Shown here piece by piece: positions 13,535-20,564 of a DNA stretch of 32,905 nucleotides. The first letter of the stretch is position 1; every line of letters starts with the position of its first letter. A program made the position numbers and the translations under genes. Below the pieces are notes generated by a model. It worked only from the letters and a program-made list of their open reading frames with translations. It searched no databases and was not told the DNA's origin. The DNA comes from a virus: positions 1 to 32,905 of IMG/VR virus record IMGVR_UViG_3300045988_058951; one strand, written 5' to 3'.

Positions 13535-13720
13535 ACAGACAAGACAAAATCGAATTTTTGAACTTTAGACAGACAGGAAAAAATCGAAAAAGTGTCAGGA
13601 CAAAATCGAACTTTTTTTTTGTCGGACAATATCGAAAATTACCGAGTTTGTCGGACGGACAGACAAATCTATTATTATAAACAATACTTTTTGTCGGGGG
13701 CTTGAAACTGCCCCGACGAA
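13533..13720. repeat. Putative origin of replication (iterons plus A/T tract plus hairpin)
   Basis: AGACAGACA(A/G)GA(C/A)AAAATCGAA at 13533-13554 and 13567-13588. Related GTC(A/G)GACAA(A/T)ATCGAA at 13594-13610 and 13621-13636. Core A(A/T)ATCGAA occurs four times. There is a T9 run at 13612-13620, an A/T-rich stretch at 13671-13692 and a GC hairpin at 13692-13718. The region lies immediately after the primase gene. Confidence 0.55.
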
Positions 13721-13761
13721 AAAGTAATCAGAATAATGACGCACGAGAGGAGCACACGCAG

Positions 13762-14016
13762 ATGAAAGCAACAAGAAGTAAGGCAAGACAAGACGTTGTT
13801 AATGCAGCTAAGAAAATGCCACCGCTTTTTCATAAGCTGCCTAATGAAGATTTCGACTATCGAAAATCACGCACGCTTTGGTGGCTCGTGAAACAGCCGC
13901 AGGTACTCAAATACATTTGGGATATGGTCAAACAGTCGGGAGCATTGGTGTATGATGACAAGTCACACAAGTGGCACGGAGTAGATTTCAAATGCGAGGA
14001 GGAAGATGATGACTGA
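13762..14016 (+). CDS. Hypothetical protein
   Basis: 84 aa from ATG 13762, with GAGAGGAG upstream. The ORF-track TTG at 13702 lies inside the hairpin and is unlikely. Confidence 0.6.
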   Translation: MKATRSKARQDVVNAAKKMPPLFHKLPNEDFDYRKSRTLWWLVKQPQVLKYIWDMVKQSGALVYDDKSHKWHGVDFKCEEEDDD

Positions 14017-14401
14017 ATTTTTTATGGCGATGATACCGCCGACGGCTACGGCACAGGAGCACAAGGTGGCAGTGAGAAACGGCAAGCCGATATTTTATGA
14101 CCCACCCGAAGTAAAGGCGGCAAAGGAAAAGCTAATAGCAAATCTTTCTAAGTATAGCCTTAACACTCCATACCGTGAGGGCGTACGGCTGATAACAAAG
14201 TGGCTGTTCCCAAATGACGGCAAACACAAGAACGGAGAGTACAAGATCAGCAAGCCTGACACAGACAACCTGCAGAAGATGTTCAAGGACTGCATGACAC
14301 TATGCGGCTTTTGGACTGACGACCAGCTTGTGGCGAGTGAGATATGCGAGAAGTTTTGGGCGGACATACCTGGCATTTATGTGAGGATAGAGGAGCTATG
14401 A
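14006..14401 (+). CDS. rusA: RusA-family Holliday junction resolvase
   Basis: 131 aa with KPDTDNLQKMFKDCM and W.DD motifs typical of RusA. GAGGAGG RBS. Confidence 0.85.
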   Translation: MMTEFFMAMIPPTATAQEHKVAVRNGKPIFYDPPEVKAAKEKLIANLSKYSLNTPYREGVRLITKWLFPNDGKHKNGEYKISKPDTDNLQKMFKDCMTLCGFWTDDQLVASEICEKFWADIPGIYVRIEEL

Positions 14402-14604
14402 CGATACACGAAGTAAAGAAAAGTCTCGGACGCAGGGTGAGCTACAACGGCTCTGATTGCTACGAGCTGACAGGGTGCATTATCCGCAAGAGCAGTAAGA
14501 CAGGTCAGTTCTTCTATCAGGCAGAGATCGCTGACAAGACTTGCGGCAATACGTTGGTGTATTGTAGGCTGGAAGAGTTGAGGTGTGAGGAGGCAAAAGA
14601 ATGA
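14398..14604 (+). CDS. Hypothetical protein
   Basis: 68 aa. The ATG overlaps the rusA stop (ATGA) and GAGGAG lies upstream. Confidence 0.6.
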   Translation: MTIHEVKKSLGRRVSYNGSDCYELTGCIIRKSSKTGQFFYQAEIADKTCGNTLVYCRLEELRCEEAKE

Positions 14605-14948
14605 AAACACATAATCTGAAACTTAGCATAGAATTTTGTGACGCTGTTCTGAGAGGTGAGAAAACTTTCGAGGTCAGAAAGAATGACAGAGGTTTTCAGA
14701 CAGGAGATCTGATAAGATTTATACCGACTGACGGAACGTCTTATCACAGCTCAGACGGCACAATAAGAGAACACGCACAACATGAGATATCAGGGCATAC
14801 ATACAAGATAATATATATCCTCAACGGCTGGGGAATAAAGAATGGGTATGTTGTGCTGGGAATAAGAGAGGAGAGATCCTATGGAAAGAAACGACCCAAT
14901 GACCATGTCACGCCTGAAAGCCTACCGCAGGAACGCCTCAGCCATTGA
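14601..14948 (+). CDS. DUF3850 / ASCH-like domain protein
   Basis: MKTHNLKLSIEFCDAVLRGEKTFEVRKNDRGFQTGDLIRF matches the DUF3850 N-terminal pattern. ATGA overlap with the previous gene. Confidence 0.75.
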   Translation: MKTHNLKLSIEFCDAVLRGEKTFEVRKNDRGFQTGDLIRFIPTDGTSYHSSDGTIREHAQHEISGHTYKIIYILNGWGIKNGYVVLGIREERSYGKKRPNDHVTPESLPQERLSH

Positions 14949-15273
14949 GGATATCGAGGCGGAGCTTTCAGGCAAATACGTTGCCGACAGTATCAGCGTA
15001 TGCACTCCGCCGTCCTACACACCACACAGCACACGCATAGACGGTTTCTTGCCAAGCGGCGATACACTTTCATTGCTGTGCGAGCAGGCACGACTTGAAG
15101 CCGAGCAGAGGGCTATTGAGGAGTTTATCAAGGGGATAGAGGATAGACAAATGAGGAAGATATTTGTACTCAGGTTTGTAAAAGGCTTTACTTGGATACA
15201 GATAGGACACAAGGTCGGAGGTACAGCGGACGGCTGTAGAATGGCGGTCAAAAGATTTTTGCAAAATGCTTAA
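14881..15273 (+). CDS. Sigma-70 region-4-like late transcriptional activator (RinA/ArpU/DUF1492-type); alternatively a small terminase
   Basis: 130 aa with C-terminal HTH RKIFVLRFVKGFTWIQIGHKVGGTADGCRMAVKRFL. GAGAGGAGAG RBS. It is the last gene before the packaging block. Confidence 0.6.
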   Translation: MERNDPMTMSRLKAYRRNASAIEDIEAELSGKYVADSISVCTPPSYTPHSTRIDGFLPSGDTLSLLCEQARLEAEQRAIEEFIKGIEDRQMRKIFVLRFVKGFTWIQIGHKVGGTADGCRMAVKRFLQNA

Positions 15274-15300
15274 ACTTGTTCGCTCTGTTCGTTTTACCTA

Positions 15301-15309
15301 TGTTATAAT
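15301..15309 (+). promoter_or_regulatory. Extended -10 element (TGtTATAAT) without a good -35; candidate activator-dependent late promoter
   Basis: TG at 15301-15302 and TATAAT at 15304-15309. There is no TTGACA-like hexamer at 16-18 nt. Confidence 0.45.
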
Positions 15310-15315
15310 TTAAAC

Positions 15316-15607
15316 TGAGGAAAGTGTAGATGTACCTCAGACTTGTACTTTCATTGAAGTCACCTCCAATTTTTTTAAGCCCCGTAAGGGGCTTATGCAG
15401 AACGTGAGTGCATGAGCTTACGTTCTGTTCCATACGGTCAGTTGGTTGCCCGTAAAAGCCAACACATAATATTTGAACCGCCGCCAAGCTTTCGGGCTTC
15501 GGGCGGTGTATGCAGGTCGAGAGCGAGCCACCGCTCAGATCTGCTCCACCATTTACAAAACTCCTTAAATTATTTTCACAAGAGGCACTCCGAAAGGGGT
15601 GTCTTTT
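15316..15607 (+). ncRNA. Structured late leader / candidate ncRNA of about 290 nt
   Basis: A chain of hairpins:
- 15315-15340.
- 15377-15394 (7 bp, GTAA loop).
- 15398-15427 (8 bp).
- 15441-15463.
- 15477-15507 (TTCG-type loop).
- 15512-15544.
- 15584-15603 (8 bp, GAAA loop) followed by TTTT.
The overlapping ORFs translate to implausible Arg/Ser/His-rich sequence. Confidence 0.45.
15584..15607 (+). terminator. Terminator-like hairpin just upstream of the HNH RBS
   Basis: Stem GGCACTCC/GGGGTGTC (two G-U pairs), loop GAAA, then TTTTGCGTT. It ends about 10 nt before the GGAGG of the HNH gene. Confidence 0.5.
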
Positions 15608-15627
15608 GCGTTGCACGGAGGTATACA

Positions 15628-15963
15628 ATGCCAGTACCACGCCCCGACCGAAACGGCTCACATCAAACACAGTTCCGCATCAACAAGAAGAAAATCTATG
15701 CTACCCAAACAGTCTGCGGTATCTGCGGTAAACCTGTTGATTTTTCACTAAAGTATCCGCACCCACTGTCAGCTTGCATAGATCATATCATACCCATAGC
15801 AAAAGGCGGTCACCCCTCAGCCCTTGAAAACCTACAGCTTGCTCATTGGTGTTGCAATCGTCAGAAATCTGATAAATTGGTAGAAAAACAGGTGTTTGAC
15901 CAAAAGGTTGAAGCCGTATCCAACCGTGTTTTACCGCAAACTTTTGATTGGAAGTCGATTTAA
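15628..15963 (+). CDS. HNH endonuclease (packaging-associated)
   Basis: 111 aa from ATG 15628, with GGAGG 6 nt upstream. Motifs CGICGKPVD...DHIIPIAKGGHPSALENLQLAHWCCNRQKSDK. The upstream in-frame extension from 15412 is non-protein-like. Confidence 0.88.
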   Translation: MPVPRPDRNGSHQTQFRINKKKIYATQTVCGICGKPVDFSLKYPHPLSACIDHIIPIAKGGHPSALENLQLAHWCCNRQKSDKLVEKQVFDQKVEAVSNRVLPQTFDWKSI

Positions 15964-16092
15964 GCACGAATTTTCACGAAGTTTCCAAATTTTTGAGTAT
16001 ATGTGGGGCATACCACCCCCTTTGAGGGGCAATTTCACGTTCACGCCTTCATTGTGTAAATATCTCGCAGAATTTTAAACAGGAGCAAAAAT

Positions 16093-17319
16093 ATGACAAA
16101 CGAAATATACGGAATTGACTATCTGCGACGCAGACTTGCCGATAAACAAACACGAGTGCTATTGAGATATAAGTACTACGAAATGAAAAATAACACACAG
16201 GACTTTTCAAGCCTTGCTCCCGAAAAATTCAAGGGGCTAAAGGAAACTGTCGGTTGGTGTGCGAAAGCAGTCGATAGCCTTGCTGACCGCTTGCAGTTCG
16301 ATGAATTTCAAAATGATGAATTTGATCTGAGCGAAATATTCTTGTCAAACAATCAGGATATACTCATTGACTCTGCGGTGCTTTCGGCTCTTATCTCAGC
16401 GTGTTCTTTCGTCTATATCCGAGAAGATAACGGCTATCCTCGCCTGCAGGTAATTGACGGCTCAAATGCTACCGGTATCATTGACCCTGTGACAAATCTG
16501 CTTACCGAGGGTTATGCAGTGCTTGAGCGTGACAGCATGGGTGTTGTAAAGACAGAGGCTTATTTCATGGCAGGCATGACGGAAATATACTCCCATGGTG
16601 TGCTTGTTCAGCGTATACCAAACGCTGCACCATATGCACTGCTCGTGCCAATAATATATCGTCCTGACGCAAAGCGTCCGTTCGGTCACAGCCGTATTTC
16701 AAGAGCCTGCATTGCCTATACGCAGACAGCTCTCAGAACTATAAAACGCTCTGAGGTGTCGGCTGAATTTTACAGCTTTCCTCAAAAATATGTGCTTGGA
16801 TTATCTGAGGACGCAGAGTTCAATAACCGCCTTGCTACGATATCCTCTTTTCTGAACTTCACAAAAGACGGCGACGGCGATCACCCCATTGTAGGACAGT
16901 TTCAACAGCAATCAATGACGCCATATACTGAACAGCTGAGAACGCTTGCAAGCCTGTTCGCAGGAGAAACAGGGCTGACCCTTGATGACTTGGGCTTTGC
17001 CACCGAAAACCCCTCCAGCGCAGAGGCTATCAAGGCAGGTCATGAAAACCTACGATTAACGGCACGCAAGGCGCAGAGGACGTTCGGAACAGGTCTGCTC
17101 AATGTGGGCTATCTTGCCGTTTGTATCCGTGACAGATACGCATATCAAAGAGATGCGTTCAGAGATACAAAAGTCGCATGGTTGCCTATCTTCGAGCCTG
17201 ACGCTGCGGCACTCTCGGGTGTGGGCGACGCTATCTTGAAGATAAACCAGGCTGTGCCTGACTATCTTGGTGCAAGAAACATAAAGGCTCTCACAGGTAT
17301 GGAGAGTGACGGCAAATGA
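16093..17319 (+). CDS. Portal protein (SPP1 Gp6-like)
   Basis: 408 aa. Size, sequence pattern (for example RPFGHSRISRA) and its position directly before a MuF/gp7-type gene support the call. Confidence 0.8.
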   Translation: MTNEIYGIDYLRRRLADKQTRVLLRYKYYEMKNNTQDFSSLAPEKFKGLKETVGWCAKAVDSLADRLQFDEFQNDEFDLSEIFLSNNQDILIDSAVLSALISACSFVYIREDNGYPRLQVIDGSNATGIIDPVTNLLTEGYAVLERDSMGVVKTEAYFMAGMTEIYSHGVLVQRIPNAAPYALLVPIIYRPDAKRPFGHSRISRACIAYTQTALRTIKRSEVSAEFYSFPQKYVLGLSEDAEFNNRLATISSFLNFTKDGDGDHPIVGQFQQQSMTPYTEQLRTLASLFAGETGLTLDDLGFATENPSSAEAIKAGHENLRLTARKAQRTFGTGLLNVGYLAVCIRDRYAYQRDAFRDTKVAWLPIFEPDAAALSGVGDAILKINQAVPDYLGARNIKALTGMESDGK

Positions 17320-18506
17320 GCGCACTTTCAGACAAAATAAAAAGCGACCTTGTCAAGCTTTCAAAGAGCAACGGGCACTTGCAGAGCATTATAAAAAGGC
17401 TTGAAAGCGGTAACGCAAACCTCGCTGATGTTGATGACTTTGCACAGGCAACAGGAGCTGTGCTGAAAAAAGTCTTTGAGAAAAGCATAACCGAAAGCCC
17501 AAAGGCTTTTACAGATGAACAGCTTATTGCTGAGATACTCGGTGATATATTCGGTGATAATTACGAACTTATAAACTCTGTGGCTGAGAATATCCAAAAG
17601 CAGCTTGATAAGGCGGCAGGCATAGGCATAAAGCCGCAAAGAGCAGATTTTCCCTCTGAGAGGATAGAAAATCTTGCAAAAGTAACTGCTCAAAAGGACC
17701 TTACCGACAAGACGTCGCTCAGCGAGTTCACTGCGTCAGTTGAGAACATAAACGGCTCGATTTTCACCGATTATGTCAAAACAAATGCTGACTTTCGCAG
17801 TAAGGCAGGACTTAAAGTCTACGTTATCCGTTCAGACCACAGCAAGTGCTGCGCATGGTGTTCAAAGCTTGTAGGAAAGTACGTCTATCCTGATGTTCCA
17901 AAGGACGTGTGGCGGCGGCATAAGCGCTGCACCTGTGAGATAACCTACGTCAATGAAAAGGCAGGCACATATGATCAAATAAGCTATTCAGACGTTCAAA
18001 ACGGCAAAGAGATCGAAACACGCAAGCAGGTCACAAGGCTCACACCTGAGCAGGCGAGAGCTAAGGAAAAAGAAGTGCTTAGCAGGATTGACAAATCGAA
18101 AAAAAGTGGTATAATGAAATCAGGAAGAAACCTTGAACGAAAAGAGCAAAACATAGGTGCGTTCTCAACGTTGACAGTGCCAATGCAGAAAAGAGAAATT
18201 CTGAACATATGTAGAAAATATTCTATTGATACTAGCGGAATAACCTTTAAGATTCAGCGTTCTGAAAAACTCCTTGCACTTCCTTTTTATGGCTCAACAG
18301 ACTATAATAACATAGGAAGAATAGACTTGTTCCCAAGTGCATTTTCTTCTGAAGAGGAATTAGTAAAAACCATATTGCATGAAAAGTGCCACGTTTTACA
18401 GCTAAAGAAACATGGCAAAGCATATGCTCAGCAAAACTTAGATTTAATGGAAAAACAAGCTTATAGGTTTGAACGATTATTTTATAGCTTGGTTACAAAG
18501 AGGTGA
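17316..18506 (+). CDS. MuF / SPP1 gp7-family head morphogenesis protein with C-terminal HExxH (zincin-like) extension
   Basis: 396 aa. The MuF core motif is HSKCCAWCSKLVGKYVYPDVPKDVWRRHKRCTCEITYV. A C-terminal extension of about 180 aa ends with ILHEKCHVLQ (HEKCH at nt 18378-18392) and a Glu 20 residues later. The extension is visibly more A/T-rich than the N-terminal part. Confidence 0.8.
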   Translation: MSALSDKIKSDLVKLSKSNGHLQSIIKRLESGNANLADVDDFAQATGAVLKKVFEKSITESPKAFTDEQLIAEILGDIFGDNYELINSVAENIQKQLDKAAGIGIKPQRADFPSERIENLAKVTAQKDLTDKTSLSEFTASVENINGSIFTDYVKTNADFRSKAGLKVYVIRSDHSKCCAWCSKLVGKYVYPDVPKDVWRRHKRCTCEITYVNEKAGTYDQISYSDVQNGKEIETRKQVTRLTPEQARAKEKEVLSRIDKSKKSGIMKSGRNLERKEQNIGAFSTLTVPMQKREILNICRKYSIDTSGITFKIQRSEKLLALPFYGSTDYNNIGRIDLFPSAFSSEEELVKTILHEKCHVLQLKKHGKAYAQQNLDLMEKQAYRFERLFYSLVTKR

Positions 18507-18510
18507 TAGT

Positions 18511-18738
18511 ATGAAATGGCTTGACAATCTAGCGAGTATAAAGCAGCTCCATAAGGCAGGCAAATGCCCATATTGCGGACAAGAAAATACAGATTACAGA
18601 TTGCTTGAAATAAGCAGTGGTAAAGGATATGGAGATGTTTGGTGCAATGACTGTAAAAAAGCTTTTCATATTTCTCGTATAGAAGTATCAGAGACAGACA
18701 TTCGAGAAAAGCAGTTACCTCCTGAACTCAAATATTAG
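18511..18738 (+). CDS. Small zinc-ribbon protein (candidate immunity/partner of the MuF C-terminal domain)
   Basis: 75 aa from ATG 18511, with AGAGG 7 nt upstream. It carries CPYCG...CNDC. It is A/T-rich like the preceding MuF extension. Confidence 0.6.
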   Translation: MKWLDNLASIKQLHKAGKCPYCGQENTDYRLLEISSGKGYGDVWCNDCKKAFHISRIEVSETDIREKQLPPELKY

Positions 18739-18744
18739 TTAATA

Positions 18745-18774
18745 ACCGCTCCGCTACGGCGAGGCGGTATTTTT
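18745..18774 (+). terminator. Intrinsic terminator-like hairpin
   Basis: Imperfect stem ACCGCTCCG...CGAGGCGGT followed by ATTTTTA. Confidence 0.5.
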
Positions 18775-18803
18775 ATACCCAAAATCAGAAAGGACGGATA
18801 AAT

Positions 18804-19058
18804 ATGAATTTTGGACAGGCAATTGAAGAAGCAAAGAGAGGTAAGAAAATAGCAAGAAAAGGCTGGAACGGCAAAGGACAGTATGTTGAGCTTGCCACTA
18901 ATGTTAGTTATAAATCCCCCAATGGTACTGTGACAAATGTAAACCATAAGGATATGGGCAATAAAGCATTAGCGTTTGTGGGAACTTCGGGTGTACAACT
19001 TGGGTGGCTTGCAAGTCAAGCAGATATGCTGTCGGAAGATTGGCAGACAATAGACTAA
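18804..19058 (+). CDS. DUF2829-family protein (family of Thoeris anti-defence Tad2)
   Basis: 84 aa. The N-terminus MNFGQAIEEAKRGKKIARKGWNGKGQYV and the C-terminus GWLASQADMLSEDWQTID match the DUF2829 pattern as I remember it. The gene is flanked by terminator hairpins. Confidence 0.75.
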   Translation: MNFGQAIEEAKRGKKIARKGWNGKGQYVELATNVSYKSPNGTVTNVNHKDMGNKALAFVGTSGVQLGWLASQADMLSEDWQTID

Positions 19059-19073
19059 TCAAACATCGGAACT

Positions 19074-19097
19074 AAGCACCTTAACGGGTGCTTTTTT
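19074..19097 (+). terminator. Intrinsic terminator
   Basis: Stem AAGCACC/GGTGCTT, 6-nt loop, T6 run. Confidence 0.7.
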
Positions 19098-19122
19098 CAC
19101 ACCCAAAAGGAGGTAATTCCCT

Positions 19123-20544
19123 ATTGAGGATAAGAGAGTCGGCAGGCAGACCCCCACCACAGCCCTTGTCCTGCCTTATGAGCAGACTAAGGGCAACGAG
19201 GCTGTAGAGTTATATAACAGCACAGGCAGAACTGCTCAGGAATGGCAGGAAATACAGCTATATGACATAATGGCGACCAATGACGAGGGATTGTGGACGC
19301 ATATGAAATACGGCTACAGCGTGCCAAGACGTAACGGAAAATCTGAAATACTTATAATGCGTGCTCTCTGGGGACTTATCCACGGAGAGCGTGTTCTTTA
19401 TACGGCACACAGAACGACCACCTCTCACAACGCATGGGAAAAGGTCATTGAACGTCTTGCAAAGGCAGGATATACCGAAAAAGAGGATTTCAAGAGCACA
19501 AAACAGTTTGGCCTTGAACGTATCGAGTGGCTCAAAGATAATGACGGAGGTCTTATCAACTTCCGTACACGTTCATCAAAAGGCGGACTTGGTGAGGGCT
19601 ATGACCTGCTCGTTATAGATGAGGCTCAGGAGTACACGGCTGACCAAGAAAGTGCATTGAAATACGTTGTTACCGATTCTGCAAACCCTCAGACACTGAT
19701 GTGCGGCACTCCTCCTACTGCGGTATCATCTGGAACTGTGTTCTATCAGTATCGCCGTGATACGCTTAGCGGTACTAACGTTGACAGCGGCTGGGCAGAG
19801 TGGAGCATACCTGAAATGGCTGACGCACATGACCCTGAACTTTGGTATGAAACAAATCCCTCACTCGGTACGATACTGACCGAGCGTAAGATACGTTCAG
19901 AGCTTGGCAAAGACCAGACAGACGATAATATTCAGCGTTTAGGTCTGTGGTTAAGATACAATCAGAAGTCCGCTATAAGCCGGGAGGAATGGCATAACTA
20001 TCAGCTTGATACAGCACCAAAACTTTCAGGCACGCCTGAACTGTTCTTCGGTGTTAAGTATGCAAGATATACGGCAAATGTTTCTCTTGCAGTTGCTGTT
20101 AAAACTTCTGACGGCAAAATATTCGTTGAAGCTATCGACTGCCGCCCTGTGCGAGAGGGGAACGGCTGGATAATCTCATATCTCAGAAATCCTCACGCAA
20201 GGCAAGTGACCATAGACGGTGCAAACGGACAGGCTGTGCTTGAAAGTGATATGAAAGATGCAGGAGTTAAGTGCAAGGCTGTGCTGCCAAAGGTTGCTGA
20301 GGTGGTGCAGGCGTCAGCTCAGTTTGAGCAAAGTCTGTTTGCTGATAAGATATGCCACGCAGAACAACCTGCACTTGAGCAGGCTGTTTCAAATTGCGAA
20401 CACAGAGCCATAGGCTCAGGCGGAGGTTTTGGTTACAGCTCTATTATGGAGGGTGCTGACATTTCGCTGTTAGAGTCGGTGGTGCTTGCACATTGGAGCT
20501 GTGCGAACGCTAAAGAAAAGAAAAAGCAAAAGATAAGCTACTGA
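19123..20544 (+). CDS. terL: Terminase large subunit, probable non-canonical ATT start
   Basis: Walker A VPRRNGKSE, Walker B LLVIDEAQE, and a C-terminal nuclease half. The frame is open back to TAA at 19114-19116. The strong SD AAAGGAGGT (19106-19114) lies 9 nt before ATT at 19123. The ORF-track ATG at 19270 has no SD. Confidence 0.85.
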   Translation: MEDKRVGRQTPTTALVLPYEQTKGNEAVELYNSTGRTAQEWQEIQLYDIMATNDEGLWTHMKYGYSVPRRNGKSEILIMRALWGLIHGERVLYTAHRTTTSHNAWEKVIERLAKAGYTEKEDFKSTKQFGLERIEWLKDNDGGLINFRTRSSKGGLGEGYDLLVIDEAQEYTADQESALKYVVTDSANPQTLMCGTPPTAVSSGTVFYQYRRDTLSGTNVDSGWAEWSIPEMADAHDPELWYETNPSLGTILTERKIRSELGKDQTDDNIQRLGLWLRYNQKSAISREEWHNYQLDTAPKLSGTPELFFGVKYARYTANVSLAVAVKTSDGKIFVEAIDCRPVREGNGWIISYLRNPHARQVTIDGANGQAVLESDMKDAGVKCKAVLPKVAEVVQASAQFEQSLFADKICHAEQPALEQAVSNCEHRAIGSGGGFGYSSIMEGADISLLESVVLAHWSCANAKEKKKQKISY

Positions 20545-20564
20545 TATTTGAAAGGAATGATATT

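Noticed and set aside
15512-15552. tRNA-like 3' end (…GCTCCACCA) in the late leader
   Set aside because: No T-arm (GTTCRANY), D-arm or anticodon arm can be drawn upstream of it. It is part of a long simple hairpin.
15248-15670. 140-aa minus-strand ORF and the plus-strand extension 15412-15627 in the late leader
   Set aside because: Both translate to Arg/Ser/His/Cys-rich sequence without an RBS. The region is better explained by nested hairpins. The HNH gene has its own GGAGG plus ATG at 15628.
15316-15963. HEARO/omega-RNA-like element (HNH-associated structured RNA, IscB-type) or a group I intron carrying a homing HNH
   Set aside because: The HNH ORF is only 111 aa with no RuvC-like or bridge-helix regions, so it is not an IscB-type effector. 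The flanking genes are intact and not split, so there are no exon halves for an intron.
19270-19272. ATG 19270 as the terL start (as in the ORF track)
   Set aside because: It has no SD, and the conserved-looking in-frame sequence continues upstream to a strong SD followed by ATT at 19123. It is kept only as the fallback start.
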